A stretch of 64,000 nt of DNA from Nitrospirales bacterium (lineage in GTDB: Bacteria; Nitrospirota; Nitrospiria; Nitrospirales; UBA8639): positions 64,001 through 128,000 of the forward strand of contig OY820905.2 of NCBI GenBank assembly GCA_963555755.3. The letters are read 5' to 3'. The translations under genes and the position numbers were made by a program. The notes below the pieces were generated by a model that saw only the letters and a program-made list of their open reading frames with translations, made no database searches and was not told where the DNA came from. Each line of letters opens with the position of its first letter. Within the stretch, counting starts at the first letter, position 1. Of this stretch, positions 62,811 through 64,000 are shown piece by piece.

Positions 62811-63257
62811 TTACTGTTCGAAGCGTAGCGGACATTGCACGAATGTTTGCCACACGTCCTCAATACATGTGAGGATCAAAAGCCAATCTTGGCAACTGTC
62901 CGGTTTGTTGAAAAAGAAACACGTTCGGTCGAAGGAATAGGCCTCAATCGTCTCTTTGTCCTGGTCAGACCGGGTCAGGACAACCACGGGAATATGTGCC
63001 AGAGTATCATCCCTCCTTATCTCATCCAGGAATTCTCGTCCTGTCATTCCAGACAAGTCCAAATCTAGGAAAATAAGGTCGGGTTTGGGAGCATCGAGAT
63101 AGGGGTGCTTTTGATGGAGAAAGGCGAGTGCTTGGCCACTGTCCTCGGTCTGCTCAATATTGACCGAAATAATTTGCCCGACCGAAATCGCTTCTTTTAG
63201 ACACTCCACTTCATAGTGGTCTTCTTCAACCATCAATATGTTTATGTCTCGTTTCAT
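62811..63257 (-). CDS. Single-domain response regulator
   Basis: ILMVEED, PDLIFLDL, IPVVVLT and KP motifs. Confidence 0.88.
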   Translation of the reverse strand: MKRDINILMVEEDHYEVECLKEAISVGQIISVNIEQTEDSGQALAFLHQKHPYLDAPKPDLIFLDLDLSGMTGREFLDEIRRDDTLAHIPVVVLTRSDQDKETIEAYSFDRTCFFFNKPDSCQDWLLILTCIEDVWQTFVQCPLRFEQ

Positions 63258-63505
63258 CGCGGCATGACGTTTTCGTTTTAATTGCCGGGCTCAAGATCAT
63301 GGAACGTTTGTTCGATAGTATTTTCGGTAGCACAATTTTTTACATGAAAAACCGTTCCATCTAAAAAGAATCAAATCAAACAGAGATGAAACGTGACATT
63401 CGTAGGGGTTCATTTGTCTAGAGACACGAACGCGCTACTGGATCTTTGCTGAAATAGGGCCAAAGAACGGTTACTCCACCGACGATTGTAGAAAGGATAC
63501 ACCCA

Positions 63506-64000
63506 GTGCAAACGAAATTTCTCCAGTCTTTGAAGTATTGTCGGACCCTCCCATCCATACCCGTGTTGGCCATACAAATCCTGTCGATGTGTCAAGACTC
63601 CAAGGCCGATTCCAAAAAGATGGCCGAACTTATCAGCCACGATCCGGCTTTTGCGGCAAAATTACTCAGCCTGGCCAACTCCGGGTTTTATGCGCGAATT
63701 CAACATCGGATTACCAGCCTCACCCAGGGTGTCACCCTCTTAGGTCGAGATGCGGTAGCCGTTCTTGCCTTTAGTTTTTCGTTGTATCGAAACTTACGTG
63801 GTGAAGAATTCGGCAGTTTTGATCATCAACGGTTCTGGCGCCGGTCAATTTTGGCCAGCATCGCTGGACGGGCCATTGCCAAACACGCGTCATCTGAGAA
63901 CTATGAAGAGGTGTTTCTCGGCGCACTGCTCCAAGATATCGGGATGTTGGCCTTGAGTGTGGTTTCGGCAGATGACTATCCTCGAGTGGTGAAGGATGCC
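63506..64000 (+). CDS. HDOD domain protein, runs off the window end (absent from the ORF track)
   Basis: GTG after AAAGGA; LPSIP, DPAFAAKLLSLANS, FWRRS and LLQDIG motifs. Confidence 0.88.
   Translation, partial: MQTKFLQSLKYCRTLPSIPVLAIQILSMCQDSKADSKKMAELISHDPAFAAKLLSLANSGFYARIQHRITSLTQGVTLLGRDAVAVLAFSFSLYRNLRGEEFGSFDHQRFWRRSILASIAGRAIAKHASSENYEEVFLGALLQDIGMLALSVVSADDYPRVVKDA

Noticed and set aside
1..64000. tRNA, rRNA, prophage structural genes, long antisense ORFs
   Set aside because: No cloverleaf, rRNA or phage motifs were recognised; the antisense ORFs shadow well-supported genes

Overview
Bacterial chromosomal window. Gene content and repeat families suggest a Nitrospirales-like genome (inference). 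The two ends carry ordinary genes: an LplT-Aas fusion, YfcE, a CCA-type nucleotidyltransferase, ActP, TypA, Uup, Slp and an HDOD protein. The middle is a heavily rearranged accessory region with five parts. (i) 4.6-12.6 kb: a 1.78-kb duplication containing nested MITEs. It brackets a decayed IS1111/IS110 element whose 3' non-coding end has readable bridge/seekRNA target and donor guides, and an empty copy of its target lies 2.5 kb away. (ii) 15.6-21.4 kb: a two-component system interleaved with exported truncated haemoglobins. (iii) 20-38 kb: an IS-rich defence island with IS1595, ISAs1, IS6, a tandem DUF4338-ISAs1 dimer with a -1 frameshift site, AbiE, a HerA remnant and a complete type II CBASS. 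It is punctuated by four near-identical 148-bp inverted-repeat elements that lack target duplications and mostly abut truncated genes, probably HUH/RAYT-related. (iv) 38-45 kb: a TetR-controlled redox cluster. (v) 45-50 kb: a DUF692/DUF2063 pair with no visible precursor, inside a DUF547-radical SAM-ferritin-like-glycosyltransferase cluster. No rRNA, tRNA or CRISPR array was seen. Several 1-bp homopolymer indels may be sequencing errors. All family calls come from motif recognition by eye; no searches were run.
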